Assembly: GCA_965225945.1 (NCBI GenBank)
Contig: CBDDBZ010000033.1
Location: 64,001 to 128,000, forward strand
DNA length: 64,000 nt
Origin: Alphaproteobacteria bacterium
GTDB taxonomy: Bacteria > Pseudomonadota > Alphaproteobacteria > GCA-2731375
Direction of reading: 5' to 3'
Shown here: piece by piece, positions 61,283 through 64,000 of the stretch
Numbering within the stretch: the first letter of the stretch is position 1
Layout of the letters: each line of letters starts with the position of its first letter
Position numbers and translations under genes: made by a program
Notes under the pieces: model-generated
The model's input: the letters and a program-made list of their open reading frames with translations, nothing else
The model's database searches: none
What the model was told of the DNA's origin: nothing

Positions 61283-62185
61283 TCAGCCCGACAACAGCAG
61301 GAGGATGCCGCCGACGATGAGGAGGATGCCGATCACCTCGCCTGGATTGGTGCGCTCGCGGAAGAAGACGATCGAGGCGATGAAGGTGAAGACCAGTTCC
61401 ACCTGGCCGACGGCGCGGACATAGGCGACATTCTGCAGCGTCATCGCGGTGAACCACCCGACCGATCCGATCATGCCGGTGATTCCGACCCAGACGGCGA
61501 GCTTCCAGGCGCGCAACAGTCGCGTGAGCTCTCCCGGCACCCTGAGGCGCATGTAGAGGCCCATGACGATCGTTTGCAGCACCAGCACGCAGGCCAGCGT
61601 GAAGGCGGCGCGCATCACCACTTCGCCGCCATCGAGGGCCAGCGCCGCGCCCCGGTAGGCGATGCCCGACAGGCCGAAGAGAGCGCCCGAGGCGATGCCG
61701 ATCCAGGCCGCGCGGTCGGCCAAGCTCGCCACCAACGACGCGACCTCGGCGTTCGAGCGCGCGATGGTGATCGCGACGACGCCGACGAGGCTTATGAGGA
61801 TCGCTAAAGTGGCCCCGGCGGTCAGCGGATCGCCCAAGATGATGATGCCGAAGACCGCCGTCTGGATCGTCTCGGTCTTGGAATAGGCGGTGCCGGCGGC
61901 GAAATTGCGCAGGGAAAATAGCGCCACCAGCAGCGCCGTCGCGCAAATCTGACTGACCGCCCCGAGCACCGCCCAAAAGGCGAACGTCCAGGTCGGCGCC
62001 GGCCAGGCGAAGCCACCGATCCAGGCCAAGCCCACGACATAGGCAATCGCGAAGGGAAAGGCATAGGCGAAGCGCGCCATGGTGGCGCCGGAGGTGTCGA
62101 GCCGCCCCTTCAGATGGCGTTGCAGCGCCGAACGCAGGTTCTGCATGAACGCCGCCGCGATCGTGATCGGTATCCAGGCTTCCAT
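61283..62185 (-). CDS. DMT/EamA family transporter
   Basis: About 10 TM helices, QNLRSALQRHL, RNFAAGTAYSKTE, GQVEL. Confidence 0.85.
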   Translation of the reverse strand: MEAWIPITIAAAFMQNLRSALQRHLKGRLDTSGATMARFAYAFPFAIAYVVGLAWIGGFAWPAPTWTFAFWAVLGAVSQICATALLVALFSLRNFAAGTAYSKTETIQTAVFGIIILGDPLTAGATLAILISLVGVVAITIARSNAEVASLVASLADRAAWIGIASGALFGLSGIAYRGAALALDGGEVVMRAAFTLACVLVLQTIVMGLYMRLRVPGELTRLLRAWKLAVWVGITGMIGSVGWFTAMTLQNVAYVRAVGQVELVFTFIASIVFFRERTNPGEVIGILLIVGGILLLLSG

Positions 62186-62238
62186 GGCCGGTTGCGCCCT
62201 CCCCTGCCCTCGCGCCGCGACTTCACGGCTTCACGGCT

Positions 62239-63261
62239 TCACGGCTTCACGCCCACGCCCTCGGCCGCCGCCACGATATCCGCCCAAACGCCGTCGCCGA
62301 TCCGGATACCGCCAGCCGCCGCCTCCCGCGCCAGCGTGGTCTCGCGCTCGCCGGGCATCATCACGGAATCGACGCCCACCGCCGGCTTCGAAGCGCGCAC
62401 TTCCGCGACGAACGCCTCGGCGCGCCTCTCGTATTCCGCCATCGGCTGGAAGGCATCGGCGCCGAGCAGGATCATGAGCCAATTGTATTCCACGGGGTCC
62501 CCCAGCATGGCGTCGCCGACCAGTTCGGCGATGATCCCGAGCCCGCTGCCCTTGGGCCCCGCCGCCGCCAGCAAAGCCCCGCCGTCGTAATAGGCCTCGG
62601 GGTCTCGGGTCGGTTCGCCATGGCGGTCGATGGCGGCATCTGGTGGCAGGGTCTCGCCATTGGCGCGGGCCACCGCCACCTTACCCGTGGCAACGGTCGA
62701 AATGGCGAAATCGCAGATCACGGCTTCGCCGCGCGGGCCGGGCAGGGCGAGCGTGTAGGGATTGGTGCTCATCACCGCCTCGACGCCGCCGAACGGGACC
62801 ACATTGCCCCAACGTCGCCGGCCACCGCCGCCGAAACTGATCGCCAGGAAGCCGGCGGCCGCGGCCTGTTCGCCGTAAGCGCCCATCCGTCCCGTGTGCC
62901 CGCAATTGACGATTCCCGCGGCGGCCAGACCTCGCTTGCGCGCCTCCACGATCAGCGCCTCGGTCGCCCTGGCCATGGCGACGATGCCGATGCCGCGCGC
63001 GCCGTCCACCTGCAGCAGCCCCTCGCGCAACCTGCGCACGAGCGGTTCGGCCTCGGGGTCGATGACGCCCTCGCCGGCCTCGCTAAGATACTGCCCGAGG
63101 CGGTTGACGCCATGCGACGACACGCCCTTCATCTCGGCATCGACGAGATGGCGAGCCACGATATCGGCGTTGGCCGGGGTGAAACCGCCGGCGGCGAGGC
63201 ACTCGCGGATCAGCGCGGTCAGCCGCGCGGGCTGCATGGGCTCGGTGGGCATCGCTTCCAT
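62239..63261 (-). CDS. Ldh_2 family oxidoreductase (malate/L-lactate/ureidoglycolate DH-like)
   Basis: GVSSHG, HTGRMG, STNP, GPKGSGL, MPGE. Confidence 0.88.
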   Translation of the reverse strand: MEAMPTEPMQPARLTALIRECLAAGGFTPANADIVARHLVDAEMKGVSSHGVNRLGQYLSEAGEGVIDPEAEPLVRRLREGLLQVDGARGIGIVAMARATEALIVEARKRGLAAAGIVNCGHTGRMGAYGEQAAAAGFLAISFGGGGRRRWGNVVPFGGVEAVMSTNPYTLALPGPRGEAVICDFAISTVATGKVAVARANGETLPPDAAIDRHGEPTRDPEAYYDGGALLAAAGPKGSGLGIIAELVGDAMLGDPVEYNWLMILLGADAFQPMAEYERRAEAFVAEVRASKPAVGVDSVMMPGERETTLAREAAAGGIRIGDGVWADIVAAAEGVGVKP

Positions 63262-63416
63262 TCCCGGTAATTCGGCACGCTCGTGGCGCGCCCCGCTCGA
63301 TTATCGCCTCCGCCCCCGACTGTCGCTACCCTTCGGTTCACCGGTTGGATCGCGTCGCGCGGTCGTTGGAGGTCGTGGCGGCGCTCGCGGGGCAATCGCC
63401 GGTTGTCGCCGTCCCG

Positions 63417-63444
63417 TTGACATGAGACATATTCGTCCTATATT
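63417..63444 (+). promoter_or_regulatory. Sigma70 promoter of hicAB
   Basis: TTGACA-16 nt-TATATT, with a small GAC-N6-GTC inverted repeat in the spacer. Confidence 0.7.
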
Positions 63445-63449
63445 ACTCC

Positions 63450-63665
63450 ATGACCGGGAACAAATTGATCAAGAAACTCAAGAAACTGGGCAAGAGCCTC
63501 GGGGTTGAAGTCCGCTACGATCCGAGGCACGGCAAAGGCAGTCACGGGAAGCTTCACTTCGGCGCTCGCTCCACGACGATCAAGGATCCGAAGAAGGAAA
63601 TCGGCGCCGGCCTGCTCAAGGGGATGCTCGACAACCTCGGCCTCGAAAAGGAGGATCTTTCATGA
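63450..63665 (+). CDS. hicA: HicA toxin
   Basis: GKGSH, KEIGAGLLKGML..LGL. Confidence 0.88.
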   Translation: MTGNKLIKKLKKLGKSLGVEVRYDPRHGKGSHGKLHFGARSTTIKDPKKEIGAGLLKGMLDNLGLEKEDLS

Positions 63666-64000
63666 GAATGGCTTATCCGGCGAGCTTCGCCACCGACGAA
63701 GATGGCCGCGTGCTCGTGACCTTCCGCGACTTCCCGGAAGCGATCACTGACGGCGCGGACCAGGCAGAGGCGGAGAGCGAGGCGCTCGATCTTCTACATT
63801 CCGTCTTGGAGTTCCGCATGCGCGACCGAGACACGATTCCGCCACCTTCGCGCGCTCGTAAGGGCGAGAAGGTGATCACACCGGACTTGGACATCGCGCT
63901 CAAGGCCTCGCTTCACATGGCGATGCAGCAGAATGGTGTGACGATCGCCGAACTCACCCGCCGCCTCCAGGTCGACAATCGCGAGGCCCAGCGGATCGTG
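63662..64000 (+). CDS. hicB: HicB antitoxin (3' truncated by window edge)
   Basis: YPA...VLVTFRDFPEAITDG, IPPPS, start of a C-terminal HTH; ATGA overlap. Confidence 0.88.
   Translation, partial: MRMAYPASFATDEDGRVLVTFRDFPEAITDGADQAEAESEALDLLHSVLEFRMRDRDTIPPPSRARKGEKVITPDLDIALKASLHMAMQQNGVTIAELTRRLQVDNREAQRIV

Overview
High-GC alphaproteobacterial chromosome segment (Rhodospirillales-like gene content, probably a MAG). The core backbone is tRNA-Ser, mltB-rlpA-dacA-holB-metG-tatD-MBL hydrolase, pccB-pccA-acyP-lipB, hemA, mucR, a DEAD-box helicase, mazG and holC-pepA / surA-pdxA-rsmA. It is interrupted by the edge of a tRNA-Ser integrase island and by many IS elements (IS66, IS481-like, IS21-like, IS1595, IS630, IS110, and a decayed IS66), three TA loci (BrnTA, FicA with a truncated FicT, HicAB) and several gene scars. 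Five observations stand out. (1) An IS110/IS1111-type element has a 3' non-coding end that folds into a bridge-RNA-like structure, with guides matching its own target flanks and donor junction. (2) A 4.17-kb IS21-type transposon with a 5-bp TSD carries a structured leader, a Cys-rich ORF fused in frame to IstA, and an apparently catalytically degenerate DUF3991/Toprim cargo gene. (3) A CxxU Rdx/SelW-family selenoprotein with a SECIS hairpin is missing from the ORF track. (4) lptF-lptG-lptD and tmk are absent from their usual positions. (5) Many short tandem or scrambled duplications break genes (GST, brnT, hemA, a methyltransferase, surA) and are probably assembly artefacts. All calls come from reading motifs by eye; no database searches were run.
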